Assembly (NCBI GenBank): GCA_964412725.1
Contig: CAYPQA010000024.1
Location: 1 to 23,470, forward strand
Direction: 5' to 3'
DNA: 23,470 nt
Origin: an uncultured Eubacteriales bacterium
GTDB lineage: Bacteria > Bacillota > Clostridia > Lachnospirales > CAYPQA01
Shown: positions 1 through 7,280 of the stretch, piece by piece
Layout: the number at the start of each line of letters is the position of its first letter
Numbering within the stretch: the stretch's first letter is position 1
Position numbers and translations under genes: made by a program
Notes under the pieces: generated by a model
Told to the model about the DNA's origin: nothing
Seen by the model: the letters and a program-made list of their open reading frames with translations, nothing else
Database searches by the model: none

Positions 1-183
1 ACCCCTCTCCTTGGAAATTCTACTGTAACAAAAATCAAACGTTTTATTACAGGTCGTGCTTTGTTAAATTTAGGAAATATCACCCCCAATTACATACATA
101 AGAAATCAAAAATTTGCCAAAAAGTATTTTAACACAACCGTGATAAAACGTATAGATTTTTTTACATATTCGTTACAAAAAAA

Positions 184-492
184 CTATTCCTCCGAGCACT
201 TGCGTTGATTCATTTCGTTGTACAATTCGGGAATTTTCAAAATAGGTCTTCCGAACTTTACACCATTATTCTTTTCGGGCGCTATGCCTTCTTGAGATCG
301 TTTTTTGCCGGGTGTCCTGCATATCAAGTAGTTCCTTATGCCACCAAAAGAGAAACGCCTGAAAAAACTTGTGAAAAACTCCAAGGATTTTTCCAAGAAA
401 ATAGTATACAATGCAAAAAGGTTGACAAACGCGTATACAATCAACCCTTTGACAAGGCTCTGACTTTTAGATAAGTTTAACCTTTTTATCAT
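184..492 (-). CDS. hypothetical protein in AT-rich region; the coding status itself is uncertain
   Basis: 102-aa ORF overlapping an equally plausible 89-aa plus-strand ORF (205..474). No recognisable domain. Weak C-terminal resemblance to IS200-type TnpA tails but no HUH motif. Region is AT-rich with no clear RBS. Confidence 0.2.
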   Translation of the reverse strand: MIKRLNLSKSQSLVKGLIVYAFVNLFALYTIFLEKSLEFFTSFFRRFSFGGIRNYLICRTPGKKRSQEGIAPEKNNGVKFGRPILKIPELYNEMNQRKCSEE

Positions 493-584
493 GGGTCACG
501 TTAACGCTATATTCAGCCAACAAAAAACTTTCGCAAAACCTGCCATGATCTGAAGAACGAAAAGGCTTACTCGTATTGCCGGCG

Positions 585-600
585 CAGATTAATTAATCTG
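585..600. repeat. perfect 16-bp palindrome CAGATTAATTAATCTG
   Basis: Read directly from sequence. It is its own reverse complement and lies in non-coding DNA between the ORF at 184..492 and the terminator hairpin at 811..862. Confidence 0.5.
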
Positions 601-810
601 TTTACGGGTGAGAGATATTGTTTGTAGGGTTACATACGCTAATTGGGCTAGCCCGGTATGGTTTTGCGATAAAAATTCAATAATCAAGATGGGATAATAA
701 CAGATAATCCTGTTTTGAAAAGAAATAAAAATTAAACCAAAGCAAAAAGGCTTTTGGGCATTGTTTTGGTTCTTCCGCATGTTTGGGTATTGGTTCTACA
801 TGGTGCTATT

Positions 811-862
811 AAAAAAGGTTGATGCAAACTGACTTTCAATCAGTTCAGCATCAACCTTTTTT
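811..862. terminator. bidirectional Rho-independent terminator, likely ends the minus-strand TA operon
   Basis: A-run (811-816), stem GGTTGATGC (817-825) / GCATCAACC (848-856), T-run (857-862). Sits about 65 nt downstream of the PIN gene stop (928) on the minus strand. Confidence 0.55.
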
Positions 863-927
863 ATGCCCATTATAATTTTATACCCAAACTTAAGAAAGAA
901 CCCTATTTATATGCTCAAAAGCCTTTT

Positions 928-1323
928 TTATACCGTATACCTTAATATAAAATCAGATGGTGTCATTATAAACGATTCAACAGGAAAGTGCCTTATATTG
1001 CCCGTTATAAGGATTGCGCCGCTTGCTTGTGCTATATCATAAAATACTCTGTCGCTTTCATCCGGCATAGGTATGGTGCTTACTGTCGGCTCAATCAATA
1101 TTCCGATTTCTTTGATTGCATTTATAATGGTAGCTTGTGTCTCGGTGGCAATATTTAACCTTGGTCATGATAATACTTCCTTATATTCGGCTAAAATTTT
1201 TAGACTATAGTAAAGCTACGTTTCCTCGTCGTCCGCAATAAAGGCCATGATTCTAGATGGGTTTGCGTGTGGTGATAGTGCTGCCGATATGACAATATTT
1301 GTATCTATAACTATATTTGTCAT
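928..1323 (-). pseudogene. PIN-domain (VapC-like, TIGR00305-type) toxin gene disrupted by two in-frame stop codons
   Basis: Single 132-codon frame starting ATG 1323..1321. The ATG overlaps the antitoxin stop as ATGA. It reads MTNIVIDTNIVISAALSP...DDEET[TAG 1218..1216]LYYSLKILAEYKEVLS[TGA 1167..1165]PRLNIATETQ...PMPDESDRVFYDIAQASGAILITGNIRHFP...TV[TAA 930..928]. PIN hallmarks are retained (DTN at N-terminus, EILAEY, D..D, TGN). No frameshifts; only two nonsense codons. Confidence 0.65.
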
Positions 1324-1628
1324 TGTATTGCGCTCTTTTCTTGCCTATATGCTGCTATTTCATTGTTTATTTCATGCATAGTCATACTATCAGTACCATT
1401 GATAACTGACTGGTTCTGTGAGCTTAAAAAAGCATCTTTAAATACTTTTCTTGCCTGTTTTTCTGGATGAATGTCCGTAACAGAAAACGGTAGTTGACGA
1501 GTTCGCAGAGTTGCCTTTATAAACATATTAAATGCTGTAGTAATATTCATCCCTACGTTATCGCAAAACGTATCAAATTCTTTTTTGATTTCTTCATCAA
1601 CTCTAACAGTTACATTGACTGCTCCCAC
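1320..1628 (-). CDS. RelB/DinJ-family (ribbon-helix-helix) antitoxin
   Basis: N-terminus VNVTVRVDEEIKKEFDTFCDNVGMNITTAFNMFIKATLRTRQLPF resembles DinJ/RelB (COG3077). The tool start GTG 1637 abuts the RBS AGGAAG (1642..1637), so the in-frame GTG at 1628 (9-nt spacing) is the more likely start. The stop overlaps the PIN ATG. Confidence 0.7.
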   Translation of the reverse strand: MGAVNVTVRVDEEIKKEFDTFCDNVGMNITTAFNMFIKATLRTRQLPFSVTDIHPEKQARKVFKDAFLSSQNQSVINGTDSMTMHEINNEIAAYRQEKSAIQ

Positions 1629-1661
1629 AAAAAACACTTCCTTTCATATAATATATACTTA

Positions 1662-1690
1662 ATTATACAGTATATTGTGTGCAAAATCAA
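1662..1690 (-). promoter_or_regulatory. sigma-A-type promoter for the relB/dinJ-PIN operon
   Basis: Minus strand reads TTGATT (1690..1685), a 17-nt spacer, then TGTATAAT (extended -10, hexamer 1667..1662). It lies about 30 nt upstream of the antitoxin start. Confidence 0.4.
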
Positions 1691-1701
1691 TATTTCTTGC
1701 C

Positions 1702-2679
1702 CTATTCAGAGTTCAATTTAAACTGCCTGTATATACGTTCCTTGACCTTTTCGAGAAAATGCTCGGGGCCCAGAACCTTTAGAACGGGGCCGAAACTCAA
1801 AATGCGTATCAAAAGCTCGGTTTCGTCTTGGGTATCATAAAATATGCGGCAGATGAAAAAGTTGTTTTCTTCATCATACTCTGTTTGTTTTTCCCAAGAT
1901 GCAAATTGAAGCATGCAACGTTCAAGCGCGTTACGCTCCTTTGAGATTTGTAAAACTATAGGCTCTGATGAAAAGTTGTTGAAATAACGTTCCGGCTTGA
2001 AATCCGAGGACACATTTTCGCCGGAGATACAAACATCAATAATACGGGACAAATTTAGCGTTATGCCCTTATGTCTTAGATTTTGTAGCGTAACACATAG
2101 CAAGCGGAATTTGTCGTCACGGCTTGAATAGCTTATCTTGTATGGAAACACAGTGTGCTTTGCTGGCGTACGGGAGCTGGTCTCGTAGTTTACATAAATA
2201 ACCTTTCTATCGTTGCAGGCTTGAAGTATGGTTCTGAAATTTCTTATGTATTGCTCATTGTCGTATGGATCGCCGTCGGACGCTGTATCAAAAATATGAA
2301 AATCCTCTTGAAGAAACAACGGCTCGACATCGGCCAGTTCATTATTCAGATATTTAACGTCGTCTTCGGAAAGAAATAGCAGTATTCGCTTATCGGTCAA
2401 CAGCGACTTGATCCAAGACTTTTCCAAAAGCGTCATGGGTCTTTCTGTCTCGGAATTAAGCTTTGAATAGAATTTGCCGTCCTCTTTCTTGTCGAGCAGG
2501 TGCCATTCGTCCGAGAAAAGCTTGGGCAGCATATGAAAGGCACTGTCATAGAACCCATCGGTGCAGACGAGTTTTTCTATATCTGCCCTGTGCATGCCCG
2601 CTTTTGACATATTCAATATCCTTGCCACAACTGTATAATAACAGCCGTAAACCTCCGAAAATAGTAAATCAGATACCAT
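1702..2679 (-). CDS. WYL-domain transcriptional regulator (wHTH-WYL-WCX architecture, PafB/PafC-like)
   Basis: WYL-like core DRKVIYVNYETSSRTPAKHTVFPYKISYSSRDDKFRLLCVT. C-terminal extension ELLIRILSFGPVLKVLGPEHFLEKV matches the WCX/C-terminal motif of WYL regulators. 325 aa is typical for PafB/C, BrxR and CapW. Overlaps the upstream WYL gene by 11 nt (operon). Confidence 0.75.
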   Translation of the reverse strand: MVSDLLFSEVYGCYYTVVARILNMSKAGMHRADIEKLVCTDGFYDSAFHMLPKLFSDEWHLLDKKEDGKFYSKLNSETERPMTLLEKSWIKSLLTDKRILLFLSEDDVKYLNNELADVEPLFLQEDFHIFDTASDGDPYDNEQYIRNFRTILQACNDRKVIYVNYETSSRTPAKHTVFPYKISYSSRDDKFRLLCVTLQNLRHKGITLNLSRIIDVCISGENVSSDFKPERYFNNFSSEPIVLQISKERNALERCMLQFASWEKQTEYDEENNFFICRIFYDTQDETELLIRILSFGPVLKVLGPEHFLEKVKERIYRQFKLNSE

Positions 2680-3898
2680 ATAATTCCTTCATCCTTTTAA
2701 TATCGTTATAAAAGCGGTTAATAACCGTGCTGTCCGTGCCTTCAAGCTGAATTATTCGCCCCATAAAAGTCTTTATCCATGGCGAAATATCGTTAAGGTC
2801 AAACAATTCCTTTGTGTAGAGGAAGATATTCTTGTCCAAATGCACAAGCTCGCCGCCATGTCCCTCTCTTATTATCCTTTCTATTATATACCCCTCTTTT
2901 TCCTCATCTATAAAAAGCTTCATACACACAAGCTGATTCCTATTTCTGCCTCCGAAACAAACTCCCCATACTTTGTCTATATTCTTTTCAAGATTTTCTC
3001 TATAAAGCGGAACCTCGTCGCAAACATCACGCAGTTTTAATGTCATTATATGGTCTAAGCGGTAACTGAAATATCTTCTGGTTTCTGTCTTATACACACA
3101 AACGTAACGACGTCCTGTTGCCGTGCTTACAAAAATTTTCAAAGGTATACCAATGATACTACCCAACTTTTGTGTTTTTTCGCAGTAGTTCTCAAATTCT
3201 ACAGACATATTTTGCCTTATCGCAGTAAGCAGTTGCAAAAGAATGCCGCTCTCTAAGGTGTGAGCCACATAATAATGCTTAAACGCAAAGGTATCGTTCG
3301 AAGTCTGTTCATTATCCATAATATGTCTTCCGATTTCACCAAACGGTGCGGCTCCCTGAAAAAACTTTACAGCCTCTATTAATCCCGGAATCTTTTCCGA
3401 CAAACGGCTGAAATATAAATCCGAAAGACTATAGAGAAGTGTTTTGCCGTTTTTCTTAGCCGTCAAAAGCCCTGCCTTAAGATATTCCGTACACTTTAAC
3501 CTGACCGTCTGCACATCAAACACCTGTTCGCTTTGCTCGGATACAGCGTTCGTGAGCTGTTCGACAGACAATTCCAAGCCTTTTATGAGAACGTCCATAA
3601 TATAGAAATGCAGCATAATATCATTGGCTGTAAAAGCCTTAGACTTCCAAGCCGAATAAAGCGGGTTCACACGGATTTTGGCGCAATCCATTGAAATAAA
3701 AGATGTCTTCCCAGACTTGGTATAGGACCACTTCATATACTCGCCTAAATAACTCTCAATTCGTCGTTTTTCATTGTCGTATGTACGCGGTGATTTATGC
3801 TTAAAATCATTGCGTGACTTAAAGCCATAAATATAAAAATCGCGCATATATACCCTTATCTTATCAAAATTTCTAATTAACTCGTTAAATTCCCTCAT
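2669..3898 (-). CDS. WYL-domain transcriptional regulator, second paralogue, with a roughly 130-aa N-terminal extension
   Basis: wHTH-like segment VQTVRLKCTEYLKAGLLTAKKNGKTLLYSLSDLY, WYL-like core GRRYVCVYKTETRRYFSYRLDHIMTLKL, C-terminal PWIKTFMGRIIQLEG. The tool start is GTG 3937; the first ATG (3898, MREFNELIRN) has a weak GGTGAGAG upstream. Start is uncertain within 3898-3937. Confidence 0.7.
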   Translation of the reverse strand: MREFNELIRNFDKIRVYMRDFYIYGFKSRNDFKHKSPRTYDNEKRRIESYLGEYMKWSYTKSGKTSFISMDCAKIRVNPLYSAWKSKAFTANDIMLHFYIMDVLIKGLELSVEQLTNAVSEQSEQVFDVQTVRLKCTEYLKAGLLTAKKNGKTLLYSLSDLYFSRLSEKIPGLIEAVKFFQGAAPFGEIGRHIMDNEQTSNDTFAFKHYYVAHTLESGILLQLLTAIRQNMSVEFENYCEKTQKLGSIIGIPLKIFVSTATGRRYVCVYKTETRRYFSYRLDHIMTLKLRDVCDEVPLYRENLEKNIDKVWGVCFGGRNRNQLVCMKLFIDEEKEGYIIERIIREGHGGELVHLDKNIFLYTKELFDLNDISPWIKTFMGRIIQLEGTDSTVINRFYNDIKRMKELYGI

Positions 3899-4011
3899 TC
3901 TCTCACCAACTTCGCAACTTTTTTTAAATGATAACACTGCAAATTAATGGTAATATCTTAGCATAGCAAACAAACATTAACAATTAAAATTGAATGAAAG
4001 GATGTGATTAT

Positions 4012-5244
4012 ATGTTTGTTATTGCTAACGAAGATACAAGAGTGCCGATTAAGATTTGGCTTAAGGATGAAAAGAGTTTGGAAGAGAGCTGTATTGAACA
4101 AGCATATAATCTATCCAAGCTGCCGTTTTTGCATAAGTGGGTCGCATTGATGCCCGATACGCATACAGGCATGGGCATGCCAATCGGCGGCGTTATAGCC
4201 ACAACCGACGTTATCATCCCGAATGCGGTTGGCGTTGACATAGGCTGTGGTATGGCTTTCGTGAGCACAAACATCCCTGTTTCCGAAATTAAGGATATTC
4301 AAACCGGAAATGGTATGTTTATAAATGCAATGATAGGCGACATACTCCGCAACATTCCGCTTGGTTTCAGGCACCACAAAAAACCGCAACCTTGTCATAC
4401 GCTTGACGATGCATTTGAAGAACTCGACAAGTACGAGGAAAACGGAGAGCTTTTGGGACAGCTTGAAGCTGGCTATTTCCAAGTTGGAACCTTGGGCGGC
4501 GGCAACCACTTTATAGAACTACAGCAGGATGATGAGGGTTATCTTGCAGTTATGATACACTCGGGGAGCCGTAACTTTGGAAAACAAATTTGTGACGCTT
4601 TTCATAGAACCGCAAGAGAATTAAACATAAAATGGCACAGTGCAGTACCGCCAGAATACAGGCTTGCTTTTCTTCCTGTCGATTCAAAAGAAGGTATTCA
4701 GTACATAAATTGGATGAATCTTGCATTGAACTTTGCGGCTGAAAACCGTCTTAGAATGATTCTTGCTGTAAAAGCCATTCTTGAAAAATGGATCGGCAAG
4801 TACACCGATTTAAGCATTGAGTATGATATGGAAATAAACTGTCACCATAATTATGCGGCCATAGAAAACCATTACAACCAAAACGTATGGGTACACCGCA
4901 AGGGTGCAACAAGGGCAGAATCCGGTGAACTGGCTGTGATACCCGGTGCTATGGGTTCTTACAGCTATGTTGTGGAAGGTCTCGGCAACGAAATGAGTTT
5001 TAAAAGCTCATCTCATGGCGCAGGACGCAGATATTCGAGAAAAGGCGCAATGGCCGCCTTCACCACAGAACAGGTTATGGTCGACTTAAACAAGCAAGGT
5101 GTTGTCTTAGGCAAGTACAATAAAAACGATGTTGCCGAGGAAAGCCGCTTTGCTTACAAAGACATTGACGAAGTTATGGAAAACCAAAAGGATTTGGTTA
5201 AGCCCATAAAGAGATTAAAGACATTAGGTGTAGTAAAAGGATAA
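4012..5244 (+). CDS. rtcB: RtcB RNA 3'-phosphate/2',3'-cyclic phosphate ligase
   Basis: Hallmark RtcB motifs: DTHTGMGMPIGG, HSGSRNFG, CHHNYAAIE, SHGAGRRYSRK. The ATG at 4012 follows RBS AAGGATG at the canonical spacing. The upstream ATG 3994 lacks an RBS. Confidence 0.95.
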   Translation: MFVIANEDTRVPIKIWLKDEKSLEESCIEQAYNLSKLPFLHKWVALMPDTHTGMGMPIGGVIATTDVIIPNAVGVDIGCGMAFVSTNIPVSEIKDIQTGNGMFINAMIGDILRNIPLGFRHHKKPQPCHTLDDAFEELDKYEENGELLGQLEAGYFQVGTLGGGNHFIELQQDDEGYLAVMIHSGSRNFGKQICDAFHRTARELNIKWHSAVPPEYRLAFLPVDSKEGIQYINWMNLALNFAAENRLRMILAVKAILEKWIGKYTDLSIEYDMEINCHHNYAAIENHYNQNVWVHRKGATRAESGELAVIPGAMGSYSYVVEGLGNEMSFKSSSHGAGRRYSRKGAMAAFTTEQVMVDLNKQGVVLGKYNKNDVAEESRFAYKDIDEVMENQKDLVKPIKRLKTLGVVKG

Positions 5245-5264
5245 AAAGAAGGGCTTTTGTCCCT

Positions 5265-5465
5265 CACGGCGCAAGCGGCTCTGCCTACTTGTGTTCCGTC
5301 AATTTAGCGTCTTATGACGCCTTGCATTAAAATTCATGGGTTCAAATCCCATACTCCTTTAAGGAGTTAGCTAAGTGGTAACGCATTTATTTTAAGAATT
5401 AAAAAACGTGCGGCATTCAATGAATCCGCAACACGAATTCGGGCTTGCGGCGAGGCGGATATCGT
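5265..5465 (+). ncRNA. candidate tRNA-mimic (Y-RNA/YrlA-like, circularly permuted tRNA-like) element downstream of rtcB; boundaries are approximate
   Basis: T-arm ATGGG-TTCAAAT-CCCAT (5336-5352) carries the tRNA T-loop consensus. Next comes ACTCCTT (5353-5359), one nt, then its complement AAGGAGT (5361-5367), which forms a closed acceptor-like stem. A D-arm-like GTTA-GCTAAGTGG-TAAC (5366-5382) with the GG dinucleotide follows. Flanking segments CGCAAGC (5270-5276) and GCTTGCG (5443-5449) can pair as an enclosing stem. There is no strong terminator between the rtcB stop and this element, so co-transcription is plausible. Confidence 0.3.
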
Positions 5466-5579
5466 AAAATCAAGCCACCTGTGAAGAAAGCAATTGCTAA
5501 ATATATGCGATGATTTTACTCAAGCTTTGCCCCCCACGAATTTGTGGATTGTAACTACTCATGATTGGAGATGAAAGAT

Positions 5580-6674
5580 ATGAAAATGATAATAAATGAG
5601 AATGAGAGAGGGTTTCTTTTTAAGAACGGTAAGTTTTTGCGTATGATAATGCCGGGTAAGCATAATGTTTTTCCGTTTTTAGGGGACTCGTGCATCAAGA
5701 CACAGATAGGCAGCAGGGTTAACGTAACCAATGTTGAGATTAATGTTCTTTTAACGGACAAGAATTTTTCGGACAGTGTCACAAAGATTGAAGTGCCTGA
5801 TTTTCAATTTGCGTTCCACTCGGAAGACGGACGTATCGTTGAGGTATTGAAATCCGGTACATATTATTTTTGGAATGTCTTTCATAGGCATACATTCCAG
5901 TTTGTTGACATAAGCGAGCCACAGGTAAACTTGCCCAAGGAGATGATGGCACATGTGCCAATCGGCATGTACACAAGAATTGAAGTTCCGGAAGGCGAAA
6001 CGGGATTATTATTCTTCGATGGCAAATTCCGTGAGCAGTTAAGCAGCGGCAGTTATTACTTCTGGAATTATTCTACAAAGGTTACTTGCCAGCTTGTTGA
6101 CACGCGCACCCAACAGCTTGACGTAAATAGTCAGGAGATACTGACAGCTGACAAGGTTTCATTAAGGCTGAATTTCGTCTGCACCTACAAAATTACCGAC
6201 GCTGTGAGCATAAACAACTCGCTTAAAGACTACAAGAATCAGATTTACGTTATAACACAGCTTGCACTTAGGGAATATGTTGGAAGATTGAAATTTGACG
6301 AATTGCTTGAGCAAAAGGACAGCATCGCACGCATTGTGCTCCAAAACCTAAGAGAAAAGCAGTCGGAATTATACGTTGAATTTACGGATGCAGGATTGAA
6401 GGACATAATCTTGCCCGGAGAGATTAGAGAAATTATGAACACAGTTCTCATAGCCGAGAAGAACGCACAAGCCAATGTAATCTCGCGCCGCGAGGAGGTT
6501 GCGTCAACAAGGAGCCTTTTGAACACAGCCAAGCTTATGGACGAAAACACAACGCTATACAAGCTTAAAGAGCTTGAGTTCATAGAAAAGATTTGTGAAA
6601 AGGTTGGAAACATATCCGTAGGAAACGGGAATCTTTTTGAGCAACTAAGCAAGGTTTTTGCACTTACGTCTTGA
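5580..6674 (+). CDS. SPFH/band-7 (stomatin/flotillin/HflK-like) domain protein with no predicted TM segment and a duplicated N-terminal SPFH segment
   Basis: SPFH-type start ENERGFLFKNGKFLRMIMPGKHNVFPFLG...LTDKN. A second copy follows: PEGETGLLFFDGKFREQLSSGSYYFW...LTADKVSLRLNFVCTYKITDA. A coiled-coil-like C-terminal half follows that. The ATG at 5580 has GGAG 9 nt upstream. The tool start at 5565 is a TTG overlapping the RBS. Confidence 0.8.
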   Translation: MKMIINENERGFLFKNGKFLRMIMPGKHNVFPFLGDSCIKTQIGSRVNVTNVEINVLLTDKNFSDSVTKIEVPDFQFAFHSEDGRIVEVLKSGTYYFWNVFHRHTFQFVDISEPQVNLPKEMMAHVPIGMYTRIEVPEGETGLLFFDGKFREQLSSGSYYFWNYSTKVTCQLVDTRTQQLDVNSQEILTADKVSLRLNFVCTYKITDAVSINNSLKDYKNQIYVITQLALREYVGRLKFDELLEQKDSIARIVLQNLREKQSELYVEFTDAGLKDIILPGEIREIMNTVLIAEKNAQANVISRREEVASTRSLLNTAKLMDENTTLYKLKELEFIEKICEKVGNISVGNGNLFEQLSKVFALTS

Positions 6675-6724
6675 CAAAACGGCAATATACCTCCATAATA
6701 TATCTAAACGATATATTATGGAGG
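6671..6724 (+). promoter_or_regulatory. padR promoter with a perfect 15-bp inverted-repeat operator
   Basis: TTGACA (6671-6676), about 18-19 nt, then ATAATAT (6695-6701). The operator is CCTCCATAATATATC (6690-6704), TAAAC, GATATATTATGGAGG (6710-6724). It overlaps the -10 box and the padR RBS GGAGG. Confidence 0.5.
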
Positions 6725-6731
6725 TGTTTTT

Positions 6732-7280
6732 ATGTTGGATTATATTATTCTCGGTATGGTACTTGATAAAGAATTAACCGGCTACGAAATAAAAAAGTAC
6801 ATAGAGAACGGAATAGGAGTTTTCTATAAAGCGAGTTATGGTAGCCTGTACCCCGCATTGAAGAAGTTAACGGTTTCGGGAAACCTAGAGATGAACGAAG
6901 AGCCTAACGGGGGAAGGAAAAAGAATTTCTATAAAATAACGGATGAAGGTAGACAAATCTTTATGGAGTGGCTTGAATCTCCGCTGAATGTATTAGACGG
7001 TACAAATACGCTCTTAGCAAAGGTTTATTTTTTCGACAAACTTTCACCCGACGTTCGAGAACGACAATTGCTGGAGCTTCAAATGAATAATGAAAATTAC
7101 TTGCGCAAGCTACAATCCTTGGAAAAAGAATTTGACAAGATGGAAAACAAGGATTGTTTTTATCACAAGCTCTCCACGCTATATTACGGCATCTGCGTTA
7201 CAGCCGAAACGATAAGATGGTGTCAGCATATCAGAAATGGAAATCCATTGACAGACTTAATCCACAAGGGGGAAAAATGA
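6732..7280 (+). CDS. PadR-family transcriptional regulator
   Basis: N-terminal winged helix typical of PadR: ILGMVLDKELTGYEIKKYIE...YGSLYPALKKL. C-terminal coiled-coil extension. The stop overlaps the start of the downstream MBL gene. Confidence 0.85.
   Translation: MLDYIILGMVLDKELTGYEIKKYIENGIGVFYKASYGSLYPALKKLTVSGNLEMNEEPNGGRKKNFYKITDEGRQIFMEWLESPLNVLDGTNTLLAKVYFFDKLSPDVRERQLLELQMNNENYLRKLQSLEKEFDKMENKDCFYHKLSTLYYGICVTAETIRWCQHIRNGNPLTDLIHKGEK

Noticed and set aside
205-474. Plus-strand 89-aa ORF
   Set aside because: No homology. It overlaps an equally unsupported minus-strand ORF, and the region looks degenerate or non-coding.
928-1323. Possibility that the TAG/TGA codons in the PIN gene reflect stop-codon reassignment
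   Set aside because: Neighbouring genes, including the antitoxin and MFS genes, clearly terminate at TGA and other genes at TAG. Nonsense mutation or sequencing error is far more likely.
1494-1721. ORF 1494..1721(+) and ORF 2155..2711(+) fragments
   Set aside because: They are antisense to the well-supported antitoxin and WYL genes and have low-complexity composition.
3949-3965. Sigma-54-like -24/-12 element TGGTAATATCTTAGCA upstream of rtcB
   Set aside because: The GG-N10-GC spacing is right, but the -12 region is TAGCA rather than TTGCA. No sigma-54 activator (AAA+/RtcR) is encoded nearby. The adjacent regulators are WYL-type, so this is treated as a chance match.
4008-4509. Minus-strand ORFs 4008..4274 and 4111..4509
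   Set aside because: They are antisense, entirely inside the well-supported rtcB CDS, and have no domain signal.
5245-5264. rtcB terminator candidate AGGGCttttgtCCCT
   Set aside because: Only a 3-4-bp stem with no T-run. Read-through into the tRNA-like element is more likely.
5335-5360. tRNA 3' fragment interpreted as an attL/attR scar of a tRNA-integrated island
   Set aside because: The fragment is immediately followed by the complementary acceptor 5' strand and a D-arm-like hairpin in permuted order. A simple integration duplication would not create this. It is retained as an alternative in the finding.
5751-6685. Minus-strand ORFs 5751..5954, 5779..5976, 6162..6344 and 6245..6685
   Set aside because: They are antisense to the SPFH gene, with low complexity and no RBS; spurious.
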